Positions 39,673 to 49,337 of a DNA stretch of 64,000 nucleotides are shown here, piece after piece; position 1 is the stretch's first letter, and the number at the start of each line of letters is the position of its first letter. Under the pieces are notes generated by a model. The model had not been told where the DNA came from. It did not search any database and was given only the letters and a program-made list of their open reading frames with translations. Source of the stretch: Roseibacillus sp. (GTDB lineage: Bacteria > Verrucomicrobiota > Verrucomicrobiia > Verrucomicrobiales > Akkermansiaceae); contig JBPOGI010000003.1 in assembly GCA_051251855.1 (NCBI GenBank), forward strand, positions 352,001-416,000, given 5' to 3'. The position numbers and the translations under genes were made by a program.

Positions 39673-41670
39673 CTAAGCTGCTGATTTTTTGGAAGCTTGT
39701 GAGGAGATTTTGGTTGGCTTTTTGTTGAGTGTGAGGATGGCTTCAGCGAGGAGAAAGAGGAGCATGGCGAGGAGGAAGGGGCGCCAGATTTCTTGCAGGA
39801 GGCTGCTATCGGCTTCTGTTTTTTGTTCGAAGAAGCTGACGTTGGTGTCGGGGAGGAGGGTCTCTTCGATTTCCTCGGGGTCGAGTTTGGCAAGGGTGAG
39901 TTCGGACTCGGGGAGGTTGAGAGCGAGGAGGGTGGCTTCGCCGTCCTCGAGTCGGTAGACGCCAGCTGCATCTGGATAGTCGGAATCGTTGAGGGCGGAA
40001 TCGACTAGAGTGGCTGCGAGGGCAGGGGCTTGGCCGGCGATTTGGCTGTTCTCGTCAAGGCGAGTGGCTCCCGCTTCTAACAGACGCTGCACGAGGACGA
40101 GGTGGAGGGCGGTTTGTTCGAGGTCGGACCAAGTATAGTCTGGAAGAGTGGTGAGGAGGTGGGCGGTGCCTTGTCCGAGGATTTTTCTCACAAGAAGAGG
40201 GGAGCCGTCGTCCCAGCTTGCGAGGGGGATGGCGTCGCTGGAGGGAGCGAGAGGAAGGCGCTTGATGGAGCGGAGTTGGTCGAGGGGAAGGGTGGTGCCG
40301 TCTTGGCCATCACGGAAGGGGCCTTCGTCACGGCGCCAGTTGTCGCTGGCGATGAAGAATTTGCCGGAGGGAGCGGTCTCGATGGGGTTCCACGCGAGGG
40401 TGGCGAAGGTGGCGTCGGGGTTGCTCTCGTTGGGGAGGAAGAGGACTTGGCCACCGGTTTCGAGATAGCTGCGTACGATGACTGCGGCGGTATCGGTGGG
40501 AAGGGGAGCGGCCCAGATGAGGAGGGCGCTGTCGGTGAGGTCGAGGGCGGCGATGTCGGGGCTGGGGCCGGCGAGGATGAGTTGTTCGATTTGGAAGGTA
40601 TCGAGTCCGGGAGGGGCGACGGCGCGGGTGAGGGCGGTCATGGCGTCGTCAGGCAAGGTGCCGTCGTGAACGAGGGTGGTGAGGAGAGGCTTTTGCTCGC
40701 CGTAGGTGAAGTAGAGGTGGTTGTCGCGCAGGTTGGGATCGGGGGGGAGAGAAACGCGGCCCCAGCCAGAGGCTTCGGCGTTGGGGAGAGGGAGGGTGCG
40801 GCTGAAGCGGAGGGTCTGGCCTTCGACGGCGACGGTGTCGGTGGTGGGCGCACCATTGAGATTGATGGTGACGGGGATAGTGGAAGCCCCGGTGGATTCG
40901 TCGCGGGTGAGTTCGAGTTCGAGGGTGAGTTCTTTTTCACTCCGTCGGCTGGTGAGCAGTCGGATGCTACGGTTGTCGCGTGGGGTCTCCGGGAGGGCGA
41001 GGATGCGGAGGGAGGTGGGTGAGGGGAGGTCGTTGAGGGTTTGCGCAAAGGCGGGCCAGCGTGAGTCGTCGGTACGCCAGTTGGCGAGTTGAAGGTCGGT
41101 GGCGAGCCAGACTTCGGTGCGGCCAGGTTGAGCTTCGCGAAGATAGTCGAAGGTGGTGGCCAGGAGAGTAGGAAGGTCGGCAGAGGTGTCGGTGGGGCCG
41201 GTGGTCGAGAGTTCGGGGAGGATGTCGGGAGAGGGGACCTCGGTGACTTCTCCGGTGGCGGAATCGAGGAGGACGAGGCGAGCGGTTTCGAGTTCTGCCA
41301 TGGCGTCGGCGACCTGTTGGAGGATGAGTTCGCGCTTGGTGGGCTGGCCATCGGCTTCGGCGCGCTCCATGGATGCGGAGCGATCGAGAATGAGAACGAC
41401 GGTATCGACGCTCGCTCCGAATCCGAGGAATCCGCCAAGCAAGGGGCGAGCGATGGCGAAGATGAGAGCGGCGACGGCCAAGGCACGGCAAGTGAGGATG
41501 ATGATGTGCTTGAGCTTTTTCTTTCCACGGGACTCGCGAGTGGCTTTCAGGAGAAAGTCCATCGCGGCCCACTTGACGGTGCGATGCCTCCTGCGGTTGA
41601 GCAGGTGAATGATGATGGGGAGGGAGACGGCAAGCAGTCCCCAAAGAAGGGCAGGTTGAAGAAAGGACAT
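39673..41670 (-). CDS. BatA (aerotolerance N-terminal) and vWA domain-containing protein
   Basis: MSFLQPALLWGLLAVSLPIIIHLLNRRR...WAAMDFL (BatA); LILDRSASM MIDAS; C-terminal TM; downstream of moxR-DUF58. Confidence 0.9.
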   Translation of the reverse strand: MSFLQPALLWGLLAVSLPIIIHLLNRRRHRTVKWAAMDFLLKATRESRGKKKLKHIIILTCRALAVAALIFAIARPLLGGFLGFGASVDTVVLILDRSASMERAEADGQPTKRELILQQVADAMAELETARLVLLDSATGEVTEVPSPDILPELSTTGPTDTSADLPTLLATTFDYLREAQPGRTEVWLATDLQLANWRTDDSRWPAFAQTLNDLPSPTSLRILALPETPRDNRSIRLLTSRRSEKELTLELELTRDESTGASTIPVTINLNGAPTTDTVAVEGQTLRFSRTLPLPNAEASGWGRVSLPPDPNLRDNHLYFTYGEQKPLLTTLVHDGTLPDDAMTALTRAVAPPGLDTFQIEQLILAGPSPDIAALDLTDSALLIWAAPLPTDTAAVIVRSYLETGGQVLFLPNESNPDATFATLAWNPIETAPSGKFFIASDNWRRDEGPFRDGQDGTTLPLDQLRSIKRLPLAPSSDAIPLASWDDGSPLLVRKILGQGTAHLLTTLPDYTWSDLEQTALHLVLVQRLLEAGATRLDENSQIAGQAPALAATLVDSALNDSDYPDAAGVYRLEDGEATLLALNLPESELTLAKLDPEEIEETLLPDTNVSFFEQKTEADSSLLQEIWRPFLLAMLLFLLAEAILTLNKKPTKISSQASKKSAA

Positions 41671-41708
41671 GTGTTGTTCGAAAGTTGGTAGGTGTGGGGC
41701 GGGTCTGC

Positions 41709-42225
41709 GAGGCCTTGAAAAACTCAATGTTCAAAAACTCAAAAACCAAAGGTGGGCGTTTTGAGGTGTGAGACGGGAATGGTAGTGAAAGGATTTGGGT
41801 GCGACTGAGATGGTTACTCGGCGGGTGGGAGTTTTTTGACGATGGTGGTGAGGATGCGAGCGAGTTGGTCGGCTTCGTCTTCGATAGTGGCCATGTCGTT
41901 GCGGAGAGAGGCGGGAAGGGTTTGCGAAAGGAGGCGGGCCCAGTGGCGGGACTCTGCTGCTTCCTTGCGGGCGACGCGCATGCGATAGATTTTGTCGCGT
42001 TGAGAGAGGGAGTCGTTCGCTTCTATGTAGTTCGCTCCTACTGACCCAGAGGAACGAAGAAGCTGCTTCGAATCCTCCCAGCAAACTGGTGGCAGGTCTT
42101 GTTCAGAAAGGACGCGACGAACCGAGACCGCGAACTGGTATGTTCGTTCCTCCAACTCATACTGTGTTCCCTTCGCCATCAACTTTGGTTTTTGAGTTTT
42201 TGAATATTTGGTTTTTCAAGGCCTC
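41709..42225. mobile_element. Putative IVS-like cassette: four-helix-bundle gene flanked by 43-bp inverted repeats (no transposase, no target-site duplication seen)
   Basis: 41709-41751 and 42183-42225 are reverse complements at 40/43 nt. The cassette interrupts the DUF58-batA junction, and the same IR recurs at 53958-54156. Mobility is inferred. Confidence 0.6.
41814..42179 (-). CDS. Four helix bundle protein (23S rRNA intervening-sequence protein / Avd-like family)
   Basis: YELEERTYQFA, KQLLRSSGSVGANYIEA, RVARKEAAESRHWARLL and EADQLARIL are hallmark motifs of the family. Confidence 0.92.
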   Translation of the reverse strand: MAKGTQYELEERTYQFAVSVRRVLSEQDLPPVCWEDSKQLLRSSGSVGANYIEANDSLSQRDKIYRMRVARKEAAESRHWARLLSQTLPASLRNDMATIEDEADQLARILTTIVKKLPPAE

Positions 42226-42257
42226 TCACGCTTTCCTTTATCCAGAGGAGCGTCGAG

Positions 42258-43139
42258 CTACCTGATTCGATTGGTGAGGAAGTCGGAGAGGATGGCTTCG
42301 TAGTCTTGGTCGGTGACGATGCGCTGATAGTCGGCTTGCACGTCGTGGGCTTTGGCTTCGACGAGGGTGAGGTATTCGTTGAGCGCGGCATGGTATTCCT
42401 CGGTGATGAGATTGGGCTCGGCGACGAGGGTGGAATTGTCTTCGAGGTCGACGAAGCGGTGGGGGCGGTCGAAGGCGAAGTCGATTTCTTGCCGGTCTAA
42501 CAAGTGGAAGAGAGCGATGTCGTGTTTGCGGTAGCGAAGGTGTTGCAGGGCTTCTCCGAGGGCTTCGGGGTCGCAGAAGAGATCGGAGAGAACTACGATG
42601 AGGGCGCGTTGTTTGACCTTTTCGGCGACGGTGTGAAGAGCGTCGACGAGGCCGGTTTCGCCTTTGGGTTCCAGCTTACCGAGATTGTCGAAGATAAGTT
42701 GAAGTTGGGAGGCGGAGCGAGAGGGTGGGATTTCGAGATGAATCTTTTCGTTGCAGACGGAGAGGCCGGCTGCGTCGCCTTGTTTGACGAGCAAGTAGGA
42801 GAGGGAGGCGGCGATGCGGCGCGCGTATTGGATCTTAGTGTCGGTTTCGCCGCTGGCAAAATTCATGGAGCCCGAGGAGTCGACCACGAAGTAGGCACGC
42901 AGGTTGGTGTCGGCCTCAAACTCTTTGATGTAAAAACGATCGGAACGCGCGAAGGCTTTCCAGTCGAGACGGCGAGTGTCGTCGCCGGGGACGTATTTGC
43001 GGTATTCGGCGAACTCGACCGAGGAGCCTCGGTGGGGGGAACGGTGTTTGCCGGCGACACTGCCGATCATCGCTTGGCGACTTTCCAGAGGGAGAGCCGA
43101 AAGGCGGGCGAGGAGATTGTGATCGATGAAGTCGTGCAT
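42258..43139 (-). CDS. DUF58 domain protein
   Basis: GKHRSPHRGSSVEFAEYRKYVPGDDTRRLDWK, VDSSGSM, VLSDL. Confidence 0.94.
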   Translation of the reverse strand: MHDFIDHNLLARLSALPLESRQAMIGSVAGKHRSPHRGSSVEFAEYRKYVPGDDTRRLDWKAFARSDRFYIKEFEADTNLRAYFVVDSSGSMNFASGETDTKIQYARRIAASLSYLLVKQGDAAGLSVCNEKIHLEIPPSRSASQLQLIFDNLGKLEPKGETGLVDALHTVAEKVKQRALIVVLSDLFCDPEALGEALQHLRYRKHDIALFHLLDRQEIDFAFDRPHRFVDLEDNSTLVAEPNLITEEYHAALNEYLTLVEAKAHDVQADYQRIVTDQDYEAILSDFLTNRIR

Positions 43140-43178
43140 GACGATTTTGTTGGGGCGAACAAGGGCGTTCGCGGTCCT

Positions 43179-44294
43179 TTAGTCGTCGAGTTCTTCTAAC
43201 AGCTTGGCGACGATCTTCTTAGAGGTCATGCCTTGGGACTCGGCAGCGAAGGTGGGAATGACGCGGTGGGTGAGGACGGGGGCGGCGACGGCGAGGAGGT
43301 CTTCGCGGCGAACCATGTAGCTGCCATGGAGGGCGGCGCGAGCCTTGGAGGCGAGGACGAGGTTCTGGATGGCGCGGGGGCCGGAGCCCCAGCCGATGAG
43401 TTCTTTGATCCACTCGGGGGATTCTTCGCCATCTGGGCGGGTGCGGCGGACGAGGGTGACGGCGTCGTCGTAGATGTGGTCGGGGACGGGAACGCGGCGA
43501 ACAAGGGTTTGGTAGGCTTTGATTTGTTCGCCGTTCATGAGCTTGTTGAGAGTCTCGGGGGCTTTGCCAGTGGTTTCGCGTGCGATGCGGCCTTCTTCGG
43601 CGGCGGAAGGGTATTCAACTTCGATGAGGAACATGAAGCGGTCGAGTTGGGCTTCGGGGAGGGGGTAGGTTCCTTCTTGCTCGATGGGGTTTTGGGTGGC
43701 GAGAACGAAGAAGGGCTTGTCGAGGCTGTAGGATCGGCCGAGGACGGTGACCTTTTTTTCCTGCATGGCTTCGAGCATGGCGGACTGGGTCTTGGCGGGG
43801 GCGCGGTTGATTTCGTCGGCGAGGACGATGTTGGCGAAGACGGGGCCTTTAATGAATTCGAACTCGCGTTTGCCGCCGACTCCGGATTCTTGGATAATGT
43901 CGGTGCCGGTGATGTCGGCGGGCATGAGGTCGGGAGTGAACTGGATGCGGGAGAAGCTAAGGTCGAGGGTTTCGGCGACGCTGGAGACGAGGAGGGTTTT
44001 GGCGAGGCCGGGAACGCCCATGAGAAGGGAGTGACCGCCAGCGAAGAGGGAGATGGAAAGTTGTTCGATGACCTCTTCTTGCCCGATGATGACTTTTCCG
44101 AGTTCGGCTTTGAAGTCTTGGTAGACTTTTCCGAGCTGATTGATGGCTTCGACGTCGTCTTCAGGGAGGCCAGCGTTAGAAGTGGGAGGCTCGGGGGTGG
44201 TTACGGTGGAAGCCGACTCGGAGGAGCTTGGGTTTCCAGAGGGGAAAGGAGTGACGGGGTCAGTGCTCGGCGTTTCAGATGGATTGTCGGACAT
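43179..44294 (-). CDS. moxR: MoxR-family AAA+ ATPase
   Basis: GVPGLAKT, RIQFTPDLMPADITG, LADEINRAPAKTQSAMLEAMQE, ATQNPIEQEGTYPLPEAQLDRF. Confidence 0.95.
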   Translation of the reverse strand: MSDNPSETPSTDPVTPFPSGNPSSSESASTVTTPEPPTSNAGLPEDDVEAINQLGKVYQDFKAELGKVIIGQEEVIEQLSISLFAGGHSLLMGVPGLAKTLLVSSVAETLDLSFSRIQFTPDLMPADITGTDIIQESGVGGKREFEFIKGPVFANIVLADEINRAPAKTQSAMLEAMQEKKVTVLGRSYSLDKPFFVLATQNPIEQEGTYPLPEAQLDRFMFLIEVEYPSAAEEGRIARETTGKAPETLNKLMNGEQIKAYQTLVRRVPVPDHIYDDAVTLVRRTRPDGEESPEWIKELIGWGSGPRAIQNLVLASKARAALHGSYMVRREDLLAVAAPVLTHRVIPTFAAESQGMTSKKIVAKLLEELDD

Positions 44295-44401
44295 TGCGTT
44301 AATTTACTGTCGGAAAGGCTACGACCTTCCTTCCTTTTGTCCAGCAGAGGGATTGGGGGATTTTGAGGGATTCGAGGTGGGTTGTGTGCTAGAACCGAGG
44401 G

Positions 44402-45949
44402 GTGAGAAGGTTGCTGGTGTCATGGGGGCTGCTCTTTGTGGTCGCTTTGTTGATTCTCAAATGGCCGAGGGGTGGGGATGAGCTAGAGCGGAATCTGAAA
44501 CCGACGAAAAGTCGGAGTGCTTTGTCGGTGCGGAAAGTGGCGTTGGCTCAGAGTGAAGAGGGAAACCGTTTGGATGGTTTGGAGCCTCGGTTTCATGCGC
44601 TGGTGGAACGACTGGAAGAAGATTGCACGCAATGGCAAAGAGAGTTTGGGCCTTATCATAACTCTCAAATTGGAAAGTATGAATGGGAAAAGTTTGCTCT
44701 CAGAAGAGTTTCGAAGTGTTCGGTTGAAGAGATCGTCGGCCTTCTGGCTTGGATTGGTGAAGGAAGATTGAGCTTCTTTGATAATATCTTGAGATACCGC
44801 ACGGCTCTTTTTTGGAATTGGGGAAAGGTAGATGCAATGGCTGCCCTCCATTTTCTTAAAGGCTATTCTGAAAGCGATGATGGAAGGGATTCGGTATTCT
44901 CAACGTCGTTTGCCTCATTCACTGGCTTTTGGTCGAATCCGGTTTTCGAAGGTTGGGCTGAGAATGATGCGGCTGCGGCATGGGAGTTCTACAGCGAAAT
45001 CTGTGAAGATCCGGAAGCAAACTGGCCCTCAAATTGGAGTGCTACAGATGGTGTTCTGCGGGAATTAACAGCTGAGAATGCGGAGGCTGCTTGGAAGCTC
45101 ATAGTATCTGAGACGCGCACTGAGATTCAGAGCATGATGCTCAAAGGTTACATCGCGGGTCTCTCAGAGAATCAGGATTGGGCGGAAGTGGGGCGGAAGA
45201 TTGGAACGATTAGTGAAGACGAATCACTTCGCGAAGAGCTTGCGCAGCGCTGGTTTCTTGAAGAGCCTGACGAAGCCTTGGGATGGTATCAAACCAACTT
45301 TTCTTATAAAATTGATTGTAGTGATAGTAACTCATTCGGTGAACCCCATGCCATACTATCCAAAGAGGAGGTCCTTGCTGAATTTGGAATTATCGAGGGT
45401 GAATTATGGCTGGATGTGAAGATTGCGTTTCTCGAAAAAATAGCGGTGAGTCAGGGGAGACGGGGCCAAGAAGCTTTCACATCATGGGCGGAAGAAAATT
45501 TGGCTAAGGTAGATACTGGGGGAGCGCCGCTCATCATGGCTTTAATTTTCGCTAACGAGTCCGATGACTCTGATCCCTTTGCAAGTGAAGAGTCTATTGG
45601 TGGAAATATCTTTGACTCTGTGGATAGTAGTTCGGAGTGGCATCTCTCGGCCCAGGGGATTGATTTTCTTCCCTTAGTCGCCTGTTTGCCTCCTGAGATA
45701 GCTCGGCAGCTAGTGATGCGGGTTTTGAATGCGATGCCAGAAGTTCAAGAGGATCCGGATCTTTTTGGATTGGTAGATGGGACTTTTGAGAATGCGAAAG
45801 TAGCTAGAGAGGTGGTGCGAGAATTAGTGGAGAAGGTGCCTTTGTCCTCAGAAGAAAGAGCGCAAGCGGAGACGGTTTTTGTCCGATTGGACGAGCAGGA
45901 GCGGGTTTTGTTGGAGGGATGCAGAAAGGCAAGTGAGGGATCGAAATAG
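44402..45949 (+). CDS. Hypothetical membrane-anchored alpha-helical repeat protein
   Basis: 515-aa ORF with N-terminal TM; WGKVDAMAAL, WAENDAAAAW and WFLEEPDEALGW motifs. Confidence 0.75.
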   Translation: MRRLLVSWGLLFVVALLILKWPRGGDELERNLKPTKSRSALSVRKVALAQSEEGNRLDGLEPRFHALVERLEEDCTQWQREFGPYHNSQIGKYEWEKFALRRVSKCSVEEIVGLLAWIGEGRLSFFDNILRYRTALFWNWGKVDAMAALHFLKGYSESDDGRDSVFSTSFASFTGFWSNPVFEGWAENDAAAAWEFYSEICEDPEANWPSNWSATDGVLRELTAENAEAAWKLIVSETRTEIQSMMLKGYIAGLSENQDWAEVGRKIGTISEDESLREELAQRWFLEEPDEALGWYQTNFSYKIDCSDSNSFGEPHAILSKEEVLAEFGIIEGELWLDVKIAFLEKIAVSQGRRGQEAFTSWAEENLAKVDTGGAPLIMALIFANESDDSDPFASEESIGGNIFDSVDSSSEWHLSAQGIDFLPLVACLPPEIARQLVMRVLNAMPEVQEDPDLFGLVDGTFENAKVAREVVRELVEKVPLSSEERAQAETVFVRLDEQERVLLEGCRKASEGSK

Positions 45950-46088
45950 GATTTTTGTTGGGGGGCAGGGTTTCTTTCCAAATGGCAGTAGGACGAGTTA
46001 AGGAACTCGCGGTCCAAGAGTGCCGTTCGGGGGCGAATTGGCGTGGAAAGGCCTTGCTCGAAGGGGCTGGGGGTTTGAGAGTTGCTGT

Positions 46089-47777
46089 ATGCGCCTTTTT
46101 TGCCTGCTGTTCACCCTGGGCTGGGCTTCTGTGTTTGCTCAAGACGAGCAAGTTAAGGAGTTCACGTTGGATCTGGTTATTCATCCTGTTGTGAAGGGGT
46201 TGAAGCCTCCGCCTTGGTATCCGGAGCTGGTGTCGTTTGATCCTGCAGTGAGCGCTGCCACCGAGGAGGTGCAAAAGCATGTTTCGCAAGGGATGGCGCT
46301 GATTCATGCCGGCTGGGACTTTGAGGCCTATCGGCACTTTGTTGAGGCGGTGAAGCTGGATTCGGATTGTTTGATGGCTTATTGGGGTATTGCGCTTTCA
46401 CTGGCGAATCCGAACTCGGAGGTGGTAGAGCACCGGCTCGCTGCGGTGAACCGGATGCTTGAGTTGGTGGGAGAGGGGAAGGGTACGGCTTCGGAGCGAG
46501 GACAGGCGGAGGCGTTGGCTTTTGTGTTTTCGGATCAGCCCGAGAGAGCCCCGGAGGTTTTTGAGGCGGTTTCGGAGGACTATCCGAATAATTTGCAGCT
46601 CAAACTAATGGCGGCATTTCTAAAGCGTGATGGCTATGACGACTTGCTGGGGGCCGGTCCCGGACAGCGGGAAGCCTTGGAAGAGGTGGAGGAGATTCTC
46701 AAAAAGAATACCGAGAGCCAAATGGCGTTGTCGTTCTGGGTGGCGCTTCAAGCCGAGCATCCGGATGCCACGGGGACGTTACGAGAGCGGGTGTTGCCGA
46801 GAGTCAGGCGTCTTGCGGGCTTGGCCCCGGAGTTTCCACCCTACTGTGAGCTATTGGGGCATTTTGAGAAGCGGGCGGGTAATCTCCTGCTTGCAAAGAA
46901 GGAGTTCGAAAAGGCCATCGCTCTTTATGAAAAGTATCTTTCTGAGAATAAGCTGACCTATTGTGATTGTCCAAATCTTGTCCGAGCTCAGCTGTCTTTA
47001 GCAAGTGTGCTGAAGCGGTTGGGGGACTTTGAAGGGGCGCTCGTGCTTGCGGAAAAATTATCAAAGCTGCCGGTGAAGATGGAGCGCCTGTATTCTCCAG
47101 GAACGACTCTCGTTCTCTGGGAAGGAAAGACTTTAGGTGCTCGAATTTGTTTGGCGAGAGGGCAGAAGGGTGATTTTAAGCGAGGGCTAGAGTCTTTGCC
47201 CCCAATGGAGGAGGGAAAGAAGTTGGCAATGGAGACTCCTTCGGTAATGGCTTGGGAGGCATGGCGGCACGCGCTGGCAGCTCGGAATGCGATTGAGACT
47301 CAGGTCTTTGATTCTGGAGCAAGGTATCTCGATGCGCTGGCGGCGAGTGATGGTCTGTTAGAGCAGGTGGCATCGGTGGTCTCCCACGGGAGCAGTCGTC
47401 AGTCTTGGGAGAGAACACGGAACGCCTTGAAGGTGGAATGGATGCTGGCCAAGGCGGCCTATATTGAGGGGCAGTCATCGAGTAAGGGTGCCAGTCTTGC
47501 GGACTTTTGGTATCAGTCAGCTATTGATGAGCGCGAACCACCTAAAGGGATATTTCCTCCTTTGAGTCTGGCGCTACCTCCTGTTGAAAAGGCGCTGCAC
47601 GTCGCTCAAAGAGGAGATCACGAGGAGGCGGTTGCTAACTTTAGAATCGCTATGGGAGACTACGCTAATGACATTTCGGTGCTCAAGGCCTACGAAAATT
47701 TTCTGCGAAAAAAGGGAGAATCCAAGACTGCAGATGCCATCGTGAAGCATATCGGGATTGTCTTAGGAGGGAATTAG
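46089..47777 (+). CDS. Secreted TPR-like protein
   Basis: Signal peptide; VQKHVSQGMALIHAGWDFEAYRHF..A..LDSDCLMAYWGIALS and further TPR-like helices. Confidence 0.75.
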   Translation: MRLFCLLFTLGWASVFAQDEQVKEFTLDLVIHPVVKGLKPPPWYPELVSFDPAVSAATEEVQKHVSQGMALIHAGWDFEAYRHFVEAVKLDSDCLMAYWGIALSLANPNSEVVEHRLAAVNRMLELVGEGKGTASERGQAEALAFVFSDQPERAPEVFEAVSEDYPNNLQLKLMAAFLKRDGYDDLLGAGPGQREALEEVEEILKKNTESQMALSFWVALQAEHPDATGTLRERVLPRVRRLAGLAPEFPPYCELLGHFEKRAGNLLLAKKEFEKAIALYEKYLSENKLTYCDCPNLVRAQLSLASVLKRLGDFEGALVLAEKLSKLPVKMERLYSPGTTLVLWEGKTLGARICLARGQKGDFKRGLESLPPMEEGKKLAMETPSVMAWEAWRHALAARNAIETQVFDSGARYLDALAASDGLLEQVASVVSHGSSRQSWERTRNALKVEWMLAKAAYIEGQSSSKGASLADFWYQSAIDEREPPKGIFPPLSLALPPVEKALHVAQRGDHEEAVANFRIAMGDYANDISVLKAYENFLRKKGESKTADAIVKHIGIVLGGN

Positions 47778-47851
47778 TCCCTGTTAGATAAGTTATTTTG
47801 GGTTCCCTGTATTTGGGTTCGCTCAACCGCGGGATATGCCACTGGCTGTTG

Positions 47852-48490
47852 TTAGGCTGCAGTGGGGCTCCCAATCTTTGCTTGGCCGCTGAAGCTGGCT
47901 TTGGCCTCGATAATAAGGTTGCCGGTTGTGATGTCACCTATGACGACTGCGGAAGGACCGAGGCGAACGGATTCGGTGGCGAAAATGTCACCGATGATCT
48001 TGCCCTCGACGAGGAGGGTTTTGACGGAGACGGTGGCTTCAACAATGGCTTGGCCTTGGACCGCGAGGGCACCATCAGATTTAATTTCTCCTTTGATTCT
48101 TCCATCGAAGACCAACCGTTCGGTGAACTGAAGTCGGCCTACGATACTGACGTCGTTGGCGAGCTTGTTGATGTTGTTACCAGTTGAGGTGGAAGGATTG
48201 GGAGAAGAGCTTGGGGCTAGAGCCGGAGTAGGAGCAGGTGTGGTTGTCTGTTGAGGGGTGGGCGCAGGCCCTGAGGAAGGCTTACTGATTGAGGTGGATT
48301 TTCTTTCGCCTGGAGCCTTCATGGGCTGGGGTTGTGAAGCCAGCGGCGATGCGGTCGATGGGTTAGGAGATCTCTGTTTGAGTTCTCCTGGAGAAGGGGC
48401 TTTTAACGTGACGCGCTCAGTGAATTTTGAAAGTGAGCTTTTCAAAGAGCCGCTGATACCACTCTCCCCCTTTTGATGCGAATTTCCCAT
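47852..48490 (-). CDS. Bactofilin / polymer-forming cytoskeletal protein
   Basis: Pro/Ser-rich disordered N-terminus, then beta-helix domain (DVSIVGRLQF...FDGRIKGEI...VEGKIIGDI...VIGDITTGNLIIEAKASFSG). Confidence 0.88.
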   Translation of the reverse strand: MGNSHQKGESGISGSLKSSLSKFTERVTLKAPSPGELKQRSPNPSTASPLASQPQPMKAPGERKSTSISKPSSGPAPTPQQTTTPAPTPALAPSSSPNPSTSTGNNINKLANDVSIVGRLQFTERLVFDGRIKGEIKSDGALAVQGQAIVEATVSVKTLLVEGKIIGDIFATESVRLGPSAVVIGDITTGNLIIEAKASFSGQAKIGSPTAA

Positions 48491-48660
48491 TGGGTAGCAG
48501 TTATCTCAAACGGCCATTTAGGTAAAGGCTGAATTACGCTTGTCCGTATTATCGGGTTTCTGCTTTTTTGCTCGCGGGTTGAGCAATGGGGAAGATGAGT
48601 TTTCGAATTTACGCAAAGCGTGATGATAGGATTCTTCTGAAAAAGAGCTATGAAAGAGTC

Positions 48661-48690
48661 TTGTCAGAACTGTTCTGGTAGGCGTATTCT
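48661..48690 (+). promoter_or_regulatory. Sigma70-type promoter of tRNA-Leu
   Basis: TTGTCA, 18-nt spacer, TATTCT, then a GC-rich discriminator (CCGCGCCC) just upstream of the tRNA. Confidence 0.6.
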
Positions 48691-48707
48691 CCGCGCCCAC
48701 ACGAAAA

Positions 48708-48789
48708 GCCAGCGTGGCGGAATTGGTAGACGCGCGCGATTCAAAATCGCGTTTCCTCGGAAGTATGGGTTCGATTCCCATCGCTGGTA
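48708..48789 (+). tRNA. tRNA-Leu (anticodon CAA)
   Basis: Acceptor GCCAGCG/CGCTGGT, D-arm GCGGAATTGGTAGACGC, anticodon arm CGCGA-TTCAAAA-TCGCG, long variable arm, T-arm ATGGG-TTCGATT-CCCAT. CCA not encoded. Confidence 0.97.
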
Positions 48790-49337
48790 TTTCCTCATTT
48801 TTTGAGTGTTCGGTTTCTTGTGTCTTTCTTGCTAGGAGGGTCCCCATTGGTTTCTGGATGGGTTTGAAATTTCTAGGGTCTACACTAAAGTTTGGGGACG
48901 AGGCGTTCTTTTAGAGGTTATTTAACCGCAACGAGCTATGAGGCGAAGCTGGTTGAATCGAAACTAACGAACTCGGTGTTGGCTCAGTTCCAATTCTTGC
49001 CAAGACTATTTCGATAGTTCCGTTGCTACGAGTAAGGCGGTGAATGTGTGTGAATAGGTGTTTTCCGGTTGCCGAGAGTTCGTGTGGGGCTGAAAGTGAT
49101 GATGTCTCTTCATTATTGTGCTAGCGGATCGGGGGTCAGTTTGACTTCGAGGGCACCGCGCTGGAGTGGTGGTGAACGAAGATGATTTCGAACTCTGAGT
49201 TAACGCTCCAAGTTTTTTTCTGGGCCGCCGATTTACTTCACACGTTTTTCAGAGAATAACGGATTCCTAATTCGATTATAAAATGGATGGATGAATGAGA
49301 TTGTGGAATCCGTCTCGATAGGTTGGCTTTAGGGGCT

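Noticed and set aside
41814..42179. Diversity-generating retroelement, suggested by the Avd-like protein
   Set aside because: No reverse transcriptase and no TR/VR pair with adenine-specific mismatches were seen in the window.
47797..47820. TTTGGGTTC repeated at a 15-nt period between convergent genes
   Set aside because: Only two short copies; too weak to link to the periodic tracts elsewhere.
48760..48789. att-site duplication of the tRNA-Leu 3' end marking a genomic island
   Set aside because: No second copy of the tRNA 3' end was found by eye, and no integrase is present in the window.
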